Assembly: GCA_945863785.1 (NCBI GenBank) | Contig: CAMBAQ010000001.1 | Location: 1-26,446, forward strand | Source: Chthoniobacter flavus | GTDB lineage: Bacteria; Verrucomicrobiota; Verrucomicrobiia; Chthoniobacterales; Terrimicrobiaceae | Reading direction: 5' to 3' | DNA: 26,446 nucleotides | Part shown: positions 17,529 through 25,421 of the stretch, piece by piece | Layout of the letters: each line of letters starts with the position of its first letter | Position numbering within the stretch: the first letter of the stretch is position 1 | The notes under the pieces: model-generated | The model's input: only the letters and a program-made list of their open reading frames with translations | Databases searched by the model: none | Told to the model about the DNA's origin: nothing | Position numbers and translations under genes: made by a program

Positions 17529-18647
17529 GTGAATACCACAACGCCGCGTATTTTCATCGCCGCCACAGAGCAGGACGCCGGCAAGACTACGGCATCGCTG
17601 GGGCTATATTCTGCTCTTCGTGGTCGCTTCCCTGAGATCGGCTACATCAAGCCTGTCGGCCAGCGGTTCACTGAAGTGGACGGCCATCGCATCGATGATG
17701 ACAGCCTTCTCATCCAGTCCACATTTGACACTCGGATTCCGATTGAGGACATGAGCCCTATCGCGGTCGAGCCGGACTTCACTCGCCGCTATATCAAAGA
17801 AGCCAACCACGAAGCCCTCGTCAAAAGAATCCGGCATTCCTTCGATCGTTCCAGTTGGGAAAAAGACTTCACCATCATCGAGGGGAGCGGTCATGCGGGA
17901 GTGGGGTCTGTATTTGACCTCTCGAATGCCACTGTCGCGCGCCTGCTTGGCAGCAAGGTTCTTCTCGTCTCTCCTGGTGGTATCGGTCGACCGATCGACG
18001 AAGTGGCGCTCAATAAGGCCCTCTTTGATCGCGAAGGTGTCGAGGTTGTCGGTGTCGTGATGAATAAGGTGCGTGTCGATAAGATGGACTACGTGGCCGA
18101 TTTTGCGCGCCGAGGTTTCGAGCGATTGGGCTTGGAATTGTTGGGGGTGGTGCCGATGCAAAAAATGCTTTCTGAGCCATCTTTAGAGCAGATTGCGGCG
18201 ACCATTTCGGGGGAATTCCTTTGCAATCGCGAGCTCGCGCGCAATCTGGCCGCCAATGTCGTCATTGGCGCGGTGAGCTCGGCTAATCTGTTGCGCAATA
18301 TCACGCATGGAACGCTCCTAGTGGTGCCCGGCGACCGCGAGGATATCGTCCTAGCGGCCATATCCCAAGAGGGTTTGCATGAACCGGGGCTTCTTTCTGG
18401 GCTAGTTCTTTCGGATGGGCTCAAGCCTCACCCGCAGCTGATCTCGATGCTCAGCGCGACGAGTCTGCCGGTCGTCTATTCGAAGATGGAATCCTATGCC
18501 ATCGCTCAAAAAATCCATTCACTGACGATCAAAATCGAACCAAGGGACCTCGACAAGATTCAGAACATCCAAGAGCTCATTGCCCGCCACCTCGACATCC
18601 CGCGGTTGCTCGAAAAAATCGGTCAACCTCGGGAATTCAGTGTGTGA
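17529..18647 (+). CDS. BioD-like P-loop (AAA_26) plus DRTGG-domain protein, resembling the N-terminal region of long Pta
   Basis: IFIAATEQDAGKTT, YIKPVGQ, IEGSGHAGVGS, GVVMNKV and PGDREDI motifs. GTG at 17529, 4 nt after the pta-like stop. Confidence 0.88.
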   Translation: MNTTTPRIFIAATEQDAGKTTASLGLYSALRGRFPEIGYIKPVGQRFTEVDGHRIDDDSLLIQSTFDTRIPIEDMSPIAVEPDFTRRYIKEANHEALVKRIRHSFDRSSWEKDFTIIEGSGHAGVGSVFDLSNATVARLLGSKVLLVSPGGIGRPIDEVALNKALFDREGVEVVGVVMNKVRVDKMDYVADFARRGFERLGLELLGVVPMQKMLSEPSLEQIAATISGEFLCNRELARNLAANVVIGAVSSANLLRNITHGTLLVVPGDREDIVLAAISQEGLHEPGLLSGLVLSDGLKPHPQLISMLSATSLPVVYSKMESYAIAQKIHSLTIKIEPRDLDKIQNIQELIARHLDIPRLLEKIGQPREFSV

Positions 18648-19812
18648 GCCTTTGCTTCATCGTCTCGATCTCCCGAATCGCTTGTTCCGTCGATTCGGCC
18701 ATAACGCAGACGTGCCCCATTTTTCTTCCCGGACGAGCTTCGCTCTTTCCATAGAGGTGGAGCTTGGCGCGAGGGTTTTCGAGGACAACGTTCCAATCAG
18801 GCTCTCCATTATTCCAGAGATCGCCGAGGAGATTCCACATCACTACGGGGCTCATCAGATCAGGTGAACCCAGCGGTAGACCGCAAACAGCGCGGAGTTG
18901 TTGCTCGAACTGGCTCGTCATGCAGGCGTCAAAGGTGAAGTGACCGGAATTGTGGGGGCGGGGAGCGAGTTCGTTAACGACGAGTTGATTGTCGTCGGTG
19001 AGAAAAAACTCCACGGCTAGCAAGCCAACGACATCCAGTGCCTCTGTGATTTGCGTGGCGAGGCGGGTTGCGGATTCAAGGACGTCATCCGGAAAGCGCG
19101 CTGGAACGATCGAGAGATCCAAGATGTGGTGCGAGTGTTGGTTTTCTGAGACAGGGAAGGCCACCGTTTTTCCATCGGCGCTGCGGGCGCATACGACGGA
19201 GAGTTCGGCGCGAAAGGAGATCCATTTTTCCAGCACACCCCTTGGTGCCCCGAAACGGTTCCAGACTTCGGTGGCATCAGCTTCGGATTCCAGTTTGATC
19301 TGCCCCTTGCCGTCATAGCCGAAATCCGCCGTCTTGAGCACCGAAGGGGTTCCGATTTCTTGGAGCGCCTCGGCGAGGCTGGCGGCGGAATCCACCACGC
19401 GAAATGGCGCACAGGGAAAGCCATGGGAGTGCAGGAATGTCTTCTCGCGTTCCCGGTTCTGGCAAATGTGGAGGACTTCGCCGCGCGGATGCACGGGCCG
19501 CATCTCAGAAACGGTCTCAATTGCCGAACGCGGGATGTTCTCAAATTCGAAAGAAACCACATCCACTCCAGTGGCGAATTTTTTCAATGCATCGGCGTCC
19601 GTGTAGGGGGCGTTGACCTCGAGATCGCAGATTTGTCCTGCTGGGCAATCGGGTTGGGGTTCGTAAGCATGAACGCTGTAGCCCATGCGGCGCGCGGCGA
19701 TGGCGAGCATTCGGCCGAGTTGGCCTCCTCCAAGAATACCTACGACTCCCCCTGGGAAGATGGATTTCGATTCCGTCTGGGATTTTTTCTCAGTAGTTTG
19801 ATTGTCCATCAT
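18637..19812 (-). CDS. purK: N5-carboxyaminoimidazole ribonucleotide synthase
   Basis: GILGGGQLGRML, FEFENI, GYDGKGQ, NELAPRPHNSGH, SQFEQQLRA and RKMGHV motifs. The stop overlaps the DRTGG gene tail-to-tail by 11 nt. Confidence 0.97.
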   Translation of the reverse strand: MMDNQTTEKKSQTESKSIFPGGVVGILGGGQLGRMLAIAARRMGYSVHAYEPQPDCPAGQICDLEVNAPYTDADALKKFATGVDVVSFEFENIPRSAIETVSEMRPVHPRGEVLHICQNREREKTFLHSHGFPCAPFRVVDSAASLAEALQEIGTPSVLKTADFGYDGKGQIKLESEADATEVWNRFGAPRGVLEKWISFRAELSVVCARSADGKTVAFPVSENQHSHHILDLSIVPARFPDDVLESATRLATQITEALDVVGLLAVEFFLTDDNQLVVNELAPRPHNSGHFTFDACMTSQFEQQLRAVCGLPLGSPDLMSPVVMWNLLGDLWNNGEPDWNVVLENPRAKLHLYGKSEARPGRKMGHVCVMAESTEQAIREIETMKQRLTH

Positions 19813-21691
19813 GGCCGAACGACTGGTTTACATTTTTGCATTGTTGACTGTGGGTTTGATCCGTTGCCTGCCGCTTTCTGTGTGTTTTTTGCTCGGGCAA
19901 GCGATCGGAGCATTAATGTGGCTTATCCTGCCCGGCTACCGGCGGCTCGCAAGGGAAAATCTGACGATTGCTTTTGCTGACGAGATGTCGGAAGGGGAAA
20001 TCCGGCAATTGACTTTCCGGCATTTCACGACTCTCGGCGCCAATGCCGTTTGTGCCTTCAAGGTGCCCTCGCTCTCTCAGCGCCAGATCCTAGGCATTGT
20101 CCGCATCGAGAATCTGGATCTGATTCGGCAAAATATCGCAAACGGTCGGCCTGTGGTGTTAGCGATCAATCACATTGGAAATTGGGAACTGTACGCCCAA
20201 CTTGTTTTCCAGATACCTGAAGCCCGCTTCGGCACGGTGTATCAAGCCCTTCACAACAAGCTTGTCGATGATCTCGTGAACCGCGACCGCCGCCGCCTCG
20301 GTTTACTGACCTTTGATCGTAAGAAGGGATTTCAGGATGCACTCATGTTGCTTCGCGAGCCGGGCGGGGTGGGTGTACTAGTGGATCAGCACGCAGGAAA
20401 TAGCGGAGTTTGGACGCCGTTTTTTAATCGTCTTTGTTCGACCTCGCCGCTTGCAGCGACTCTCGCCATGCGCACCGATGCAGCAGTGATACCAGTTGCG
20501 ATTTATACTGATGGGTTCGCCCGTTGGAGGGTTGTGATGAGCGAAGAAATTCCGTGGGATGCGGATAAATCCGAACAGCTCACTCTCGACATCAATCAGG
20601 CCCTTGAGAAGCAGGTCCGTACTTCCCCGGCGGATTGGTTTTGGGTCCATAATCGCTGGAAGACACCGTTGCCGAATTTTCTCATCAATGGCGCCAAGCG
20701 CGGCATCTACCTTCCCGGTGGTGCGGCTTCGGTGAGTCCATTCTGCGTTGTCGTCCGCTCCCCGAATTGGTTGGGCGACGCAGTGATGAGCGTGGATGCC
20801 GTAAGGGCATTTAAATACGGTCGCCCCGACGCGCACCTCGCCGTGCTGACCCCTGCCAAGTTAGCCGGGTTTTGGCGCAGGGTGGGGGGCGTGGACGAAG
20901 TGATCGAAATCGAAAAAGACGAGTCCGTCTTCTCCGTTGCCCGCCGCCTGCGGGGACGTTTTCATGTGGCGGTTCTTTTTCCGAATTCCTTGCGGTCCGC
21001 TTTGGAAGTCTGGTTAGCAGGGATCCCTCGGCGTGTGGGATTCAAGGGGCATTACCGTCATTGGCTTCTAGATCAAATCATCCCCGCCGGGAAGCGGCCT
21101 CCAGCGAATCAGCCAGTGCATCAGGCCGACGTCTATTGGCGTATTGCCGCACGTTGCGGAGCCGAGGAGCGGCCTCCTGTCAATCCCCTTTGGAAGCCGA
21201 ACCGGAAGGAACGGGTGATCGGCATTTGCCCCGGCGCGGAATACGGATCCGCCAAGCGCTGGCCGGCTGATCAATTCCGCCAACTCATCCTCCAACTGAA
21301 CGAGACAATGGATTGCCAGTGGGTAATCGTCGGCACTTCCGCAGACACGCCTGTTGCAAAAAAAATTGCATTTGGCATTCCGAACATCACCGATCTGACA
21401 GGCAAAACCTCTCTCGAGGATCTCATGGATCTTTTGGAGCGAATCTCGGTTCTAGTCACGAATGATACGGGCACGATGCATCTCGCAGATTTTATTGGGA
21501 CTCCGCTGGTCTCGATTTTCGGATCTACGGAACCGACATTCACTGGCCCGCGTGGCCCGCGCAGCGTGGTGATCCGGCAGAAGGTCGAATGCAGTCCCTG
21601 CTTTCTTCGCGAGTGCCCCATCGATTTTCGATGCATGGAGGAAATCCCTATGGGAAAAGTGATCCAAGCGGTTAAATCCTCCTTCAAATAG
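19811..21691 (+). CDS. fusion of lipid A late acyltransferase (LpxL/HtrB-like) and GT9 heptosyltransferase (WaaF/RfaF-like)
   Basis: The N-terminal half has HIGNWE, LVDQHAG and WFWVHNRWK. The C-terminal half has RSPNWLGDAVM, CPGAEYGSAKRWP and NDTGTMHLA. There is no stop between them. Confidence 0.92.
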   Translation: MAERLVYIFALLTVGLIRCLPLSVCFLLGQAIGALMWLILPGYRRLARENLTIAFADEMSEGEIRQLTFRHFTTLGANAVCAFKVPSLSQRQILGIVRIENLDLIRQNIANGRPVVLAINHIGNWELYAQLVFQIPEARFGTVYQALHNKLVDDLVNRDRRRLGLLTFDRKKGFQDALMLLREPGGVGVLVDQHAGNSGVWTPFFNRLCSTSPLAATLAMRTDAAVIPVAIYTDGFARWRVVMSEEIPWDADKSEQLTLDINQALEKQVRTSPADWFWVHNRWKTPLPNFLINGAKRGIYLPGGAASVSPFCVVVRSPNWLGDAVMSVDAVRAFKYGRPDAHLAVLTPAKLAGFWRRVGGVDEVIEIEKDESVFSVARRLRGRFHVAVLFPNSLRSALEVWLAGIPRRVGFKGHYRHWLLDQIIPAGKRPPANQPVHQADVYWRIAARCGAEERPPVNPLWKPNRKERVIGICPGAEYGSAKRWPADQFRQLILQLNETMDCQWVIVGTSADTPVAKKIAFGIPNITDLTGKTSLEDLMDLLERISVLVTNDTGTMHLADFIGTPLVSIFGSTEPTFTGPRGPRSVVIRQKVECSPCFLRECPIDFRCMEEIPMGKVIQAVKSSFK

Positions 21692-21762
21692 TCGGCGCTA
21701 AAAACCGTCCTTAAGCATCCATTACAAAAAACCAATACCATCTCCTTAAGTTAACTTGATGT

Positions 21763-21945
21763 CTAAATCCTCGCAGTAGCGGTTGTTTTAAACTGCAACA
21801 ATGGGCGACCACTAAGCGAAAGGACCGCTTGAGCTTCATCCTAAAATCGTTGAAAGCCAGAGAGTAGAGCTTTTCTAAGATTTTCTATCGATTCAAACAG
21901 CCCATTCGCGAAACCTTCCGTGTCCTTGATGACATCCCAGAGTTG
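21763..21945 (-). pseudogene. decayed C-terminal fragment of an IS630-family-like transposase
   Basis: The minus frame reads KQLWDVIKDTEGFANGLFESIENLRKALLSGFQRF*DEAQAVLSLSGRPLLQ. This resembles the IS630/DDE_3 C-terminus (LW..IK....N..F.S...L...L...FW), with TAG at 21841-21843 where Trp (TGG) would be expected. Recognised by pattern only. Confidence 0.55.
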
Positions 21946-21972
21946 TTTACTGATCTGCGCTCGACGCATCTC

Positions 21973-22677
21973 TTATTCGAATGGCAACCGTGGGGCGGCG
22001 GTGAACTTGATTGTGCCGTCGGCCTCGTAGAAGGCGACGATTCCGCTTTGGAATGAGCTGTTGTATTTCAGGGGTACGCGGATTTGTTGGCTGCCGATGA
22101 TGGCGGTGGTTTCGATGGTTTCGGGCAAGCTATACCAAGTGTGATGTGACATCGGGGCGATTTCGAGGAATTCACTCGCATTGATGGATACGCGAAGGAT
22201 TTGCTGGATGACGCCATTCACGATGGTGAGGGTGTTGGGCTTTTCGTCGTCAGCGAGTTCGTGGTCGAAGTTGAGGATGGCAGCTTGGAGTTCTTGTTTT
22301 TTTCCATTCGGATCCCGTTGCCATACGAAATCCCCAAGAAGAACGACGGTTGATGCTGTGTTGGGGGCTTTGTTGAGTTCCTTTTCAAAAAAGGCCTTGG
22401 GATCAGTGGAGGCGTTTTTTTGGATTCGCAGTTTCCAGGAGGTGAATGGGAAGTCACCGCCGGAAATCTTGGAGCCTTGGGAAACTTTTTCGTATTTGTG
22501 AAAGTCTTTTATATCGAGATCGAGGCTGGGCACGCTCGTGGCGTTGATGAACTGCACCGAGGAATGCGGGGGAGGGGGAGGTTCATTCGCTGGATTTGGA
22601 GATTCCTCGGCTCCGGCGGTTGTGTGGCAAAGCCCCAATAGGGATAAGAGAACGGCGAAGATAAGGGGTGTTTTCAC
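21973..22677 (-). CDS. exported hypothetical protein (possibly DUF4397-like beta-sandwich repeats), last gene of the pilin cassette
   Basis: GTG at 22677, 1 nt after the upstream stop. Signal peptide followed by a Pro-rich linker and two related segments (VQFINATS and LTIVNGVI). Confidence 0.6.
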   Translation of the reverse strand: MKTPLIFAVLLSLLGLCHTTAGAEESPNPANEPPPPPHSSVQFINATSVPSLDLDIKDFHKYEKVSQGSKISGGDFPFTSWKLRIQKNASTDPKAFFEKELNKAPNTASTVVLLGDFVWQRDPNGKKQELQAAILNFDHELADDEKPNTLTIVNGVIQQILRVSINASEFLEIAPMSHHTWYSLPETIETTAIIGSQQIRVPLKYNSSFQSGIVAFYEADGTIKFTAAPRLPFE

Positions 22678-22678
22678 A

Positions 22679-25420
22679 TCAGGGTTTCTTGGAGTGTTCT
22701 TGGATGGCGCGGGTTCGATATTCCACCGCACCGTTGTTGTTTGTGTGAGGATAGGAATCTAAAACGACGTTCACTTCATGAATGGATTCCGAGAGCACTT
22801 TTCCCGTCGAGCCGATGGCCTGCCCGATCGCTATCACCTTGAAATTGCGGGATTGGGTATCGACCAACTCGAGTAAGGACGAAAGCAACTGCTCGCGTCC
22901 GGCATCGTTGATAGTCGCGATATTGGTAGAGGGATTGCTCCCAAGCGTGGGGCTGAAGTTTGTTGGGTTGAGTAGTTGGGGGGTGATTTTGTGAAGGTCG
23001 CTGAGATTATAATAAGGCCGGTTCGAAATCACGAGATTCGCGAGTTGGGTGGCGGCATTTGTGGTGAAGGAGGAGTTTGTAAAAGCGCGGTCGGCATTTT
23101 GCGAAAGATGATAAAACAGGGCCGTTAAAACCTCTTTCGGGGCGGTGTTGATATTGATCTTGGGGGCACGGGTCGGGATCCCATGGGCGTTTGTTTCAGC
23201 GACCGTAAATAAGTCGACGAGATGGAGGGCCCGGAATCCCGGGGAGTTCCAATTGGGCGCGGGTTTTTCTGATCCCGAGGAAGTGCTGTCATTTCTCGGG
23301 TAATCAAACTCTGGGATACCCATGCGTAACGTGCGTCCGCCGCCTGAGGCATACCACGAGTCGCTCCCAAACGTACTAAAACCAACGTCATTGAGCTGGG
23401 CGGGATCGTAGATATTACCAAGCTCGCCGATGGATTCCATTTTTGCATTTCGCAAATAAAATGGGGCATTTGTGCTTTCGGCGACCGAATAGGAGGAGGG
23501 TGCGGATGTGGGATCGGCGAGAGTGAGATCAATGCTGGAGCCTTCCAGTGGACTGGCGCGCACGATATCTCGGGAGGAAAACGTTTTGGCGTAGTCCTGC
23601 GAACTTTCATTGGTAAAGCTGTTTCTTCCATTCCATCGGACCTCGCTATTTGTTGAGGCAGGAGCTTCCCAATCATAGGGCGAAATCGCGTTCTGGCGGG
23701 GATCTCCGACGGCGCGGTAGCCTTTCGGTGCTGCAAAAAAGCCGTATGAGGGATAGTTGATGGCGAAGCGATTGGATCCGCCTAAGTTGATCCTTGTTTC
23801 AATAGTTCTTCCCATGGCGCTTTTTGGCAGGCCTTGATTGTTGGTAAAGAAGTTGGTTGCCAGATTCGCGGTGCGATCAAAGATCACGCCATTCCAACGC
23901 GCGTCAAACCGAGAGTGATGTTCGAAGAAGGCGTTGTCGCTGGCTGTTTGCTCGAGATAGGGACGATTACCGACAAGAGCGCTGCCCTTGAGGGTCGATA
24001 TAACGGTATTGGTGACCGTGGCTGTTTTGAACACCTTCATTTCGTTCGGGCGAAGGTTGGTGATGGCGATCGTGCCGGCATTGGGCAAAATCGGTCCGCC
24101 GAGACCTGGCATTTTGATAGGTCGGTAAGTGGTGAGTTCGATCGAGAGATTCCCGCTGATATTCGTCTGATAGGGGTTCCATAGCTGAACAAAAACCGTT
24201 TGCGTGATTTTGTTTGTCCAAGCTGTTCCGGATCCGGTTTCGCTGATCCAGTTGTATTTCTCGGCGATGCAAGTGAGGAGAGGAGCGAGTTCCTTGCCTG
24301 CTGGTTCGCCCAAGGGCGAGGCGTCGGAGAGGACGGTCACATCGGTGTCGGAGTCGATGTAATCGATGATCGATGCGGATATGCGTTCCAAGTAGCGGAA
24401 ATAACTCCCGCCAAGTCCATTTGACATCGCGATATCCCGGGTGCCGAAATTGGGCAGGTTGGTGTTGATGATTTGAGCCATGTTGGAAGCACGAAGTTCT
24501 GAAGTGGCTCCGAATGTGATGTTGGTGGCGCAGTTGTTGATGTTCCATTTTGGGATGTGGGCTTGAGCATAGTTGGAAAATGTGCCGTTGCTATTTGTGT
24601 AGCCGATGGGAATGAAGTCTTGGCTTGGTCCGGTCACATAAGTGTAGAGGTGTTTTTTGGATTCATAATCCGCTCGGTTGGTAAAAATCTGAGCGACGTT
24701 TTCGAGGTAGGGCTCTTTGTTTGTCGCTGACGCAAATGACAGCGCCGAGTTCGTGGTGAGAAGGTTTGTGTTTCCGGGGATTGCGATGGGAACGAGGCTG
24801 GGGGTGTTCGACCAACCGGCGCGATTGGTATTGGTGGACCAGCCGTGTTGAGCCAGATTCAACTTGGACTGCTCATCAACAACAAAAAAGGCGACGCGGG
24901 AATTTGTTTCACCCGTTGCATTCGTAAAGTAAATCCAGGGGGCATTGAAGTTGGTGGGACCGGAATTCGCTAGGATGCGGTAGGTGCCAATCAGTTTGTT
25001 GGCATTGACGGCATTGTTTGTGGTGGTCGCTTGAGCGAGGTAGTTGGCGAGGGCCGATGTCGAGGACGAACGGGTGCCTAGATAGTTTGTGAGATCGCCA
25101 GAAACCAGCGGCAACACATTCGATGGCGAATTGTTGCTGCCTGTTTGGATGTAGAAGATCGGGCTCAGTGAGGGGCTTATATTTGTGGACAAAACCAAAA
25201 ATCCGGCATGGCTTCCGATCGCTTCCGACATGGCTTGGGCGACCATGTTCGCGCCCGCTTCCGCTGCCAAATCGGCCTTGAACTTGTTCTTAAGGCTCCG
25301 TGAGACGGCGCGTTCCATAGTCATGGTTTGCAAAAAGGCCACAGTAATCGTGCAGAGGACAACGAGAACAAAAAGCGTGGTTACCAAGGCCGAGCCCTTT
25401 TTGTAATGGTTTTGCAACAT
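22679..25420 (-). CDS. Verru_Chthon cassette protein A-like large PilX/GspK-type minor pseudopilin
   Basis: Class III signal KKG|SALVTTLFVLVVL lacking Glu5, followed by A.LAAEAG, DEQSKLNL, IIDYIDSD and KININTAPKEVL, in a 913-aa protein. Confidence 0.8.
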   Translation of the reverse strand: MLQNHYKKGSALVTTLFVLVVLCTITVAFLQTMTMERAVSRSLKNKFKADLAAEAGANMVAQAMSEAIGSHAGFLVLSTNISPSLSPIFYIQTGSNNSPSNVLPLVSGDLTNYLGTRSSSTSALANYLAQATTTNNAVNANKLIGTYRILANSGPTNFNAPWIYFTNATGETNSRVAFFVVDEQSKLNLAQHGWSTNTNRAGWSNTPSLVPIAIPGNTNLLTTNSALSFASATNKEPYLENVAQIFTNRADYESKKHLYTYVTGPSQDFIPIGYTNSNGTFSNYAQAHIPKWNINNCATNITFGATSELRASNMAQIINTNLPNFGTRDIAMSNGLGGSYFRYLERISASIIDYIDSDTDVTVLSDASPLGEPAGKELAPLLTCIAEKYNWISETGSGTAWTNKITQTVFVQLWNPYQTNISGNLSIELTTYRPIKMPGLGGPILPNAGTIAITNLRPNEMKVFKTATVTNTVISTLKGSALVGNRPYLEQTASDNAFFEHHSRFDARWNGVIFDRTANLATNFFTNNQGLPKSAMGRTIETRINLGGSNRFAINYPSYGFFAAPKGYRAVGDPRQNAISPYDWEAPASTNSEVRWNGRNSFTNESSQDYAKTFSSRDIVRASPLEGSSIDLTLADPTSAPSSYSVAESTNAPFYLRNAKMESIGELGNIYDPAQLNDVGFSTFGSDSWYASGGGRTLRMGIPEFDYPRNDSTSSGSEKPAPNWNSPGFRALHLVDLFTVAETNAHGIPTRAPKININTAPKEVLTALFYHLSQNADRAFTNSSFTTNAATQLANLVISNRPYYNLSDLHKITPQLLNPTNFSPTLGSNPSTNIATINDAGREQLLSSLLELVDTQSRNFKVIAIGQAIGSTGKVLSESIHEVNVVLDSYPHTNNNGAVEYRTRAIQEHSKKP

Positions 25421-25421
25421 C

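Noticed and set aside
16511-17584. 357-aa minus-strand ORF
   Set aside because: It lies antisense to the well-supported pta-like gene and has no recognisable motifs, so it is a shadow ORF.
22679-25420. N-x-S/T sequon enrichment in cassette protein A
   Set aside because: About a dozen sequons were counted, which is no more than expected from its Asn/Ser/Thr content. Only the TN bias stands out.
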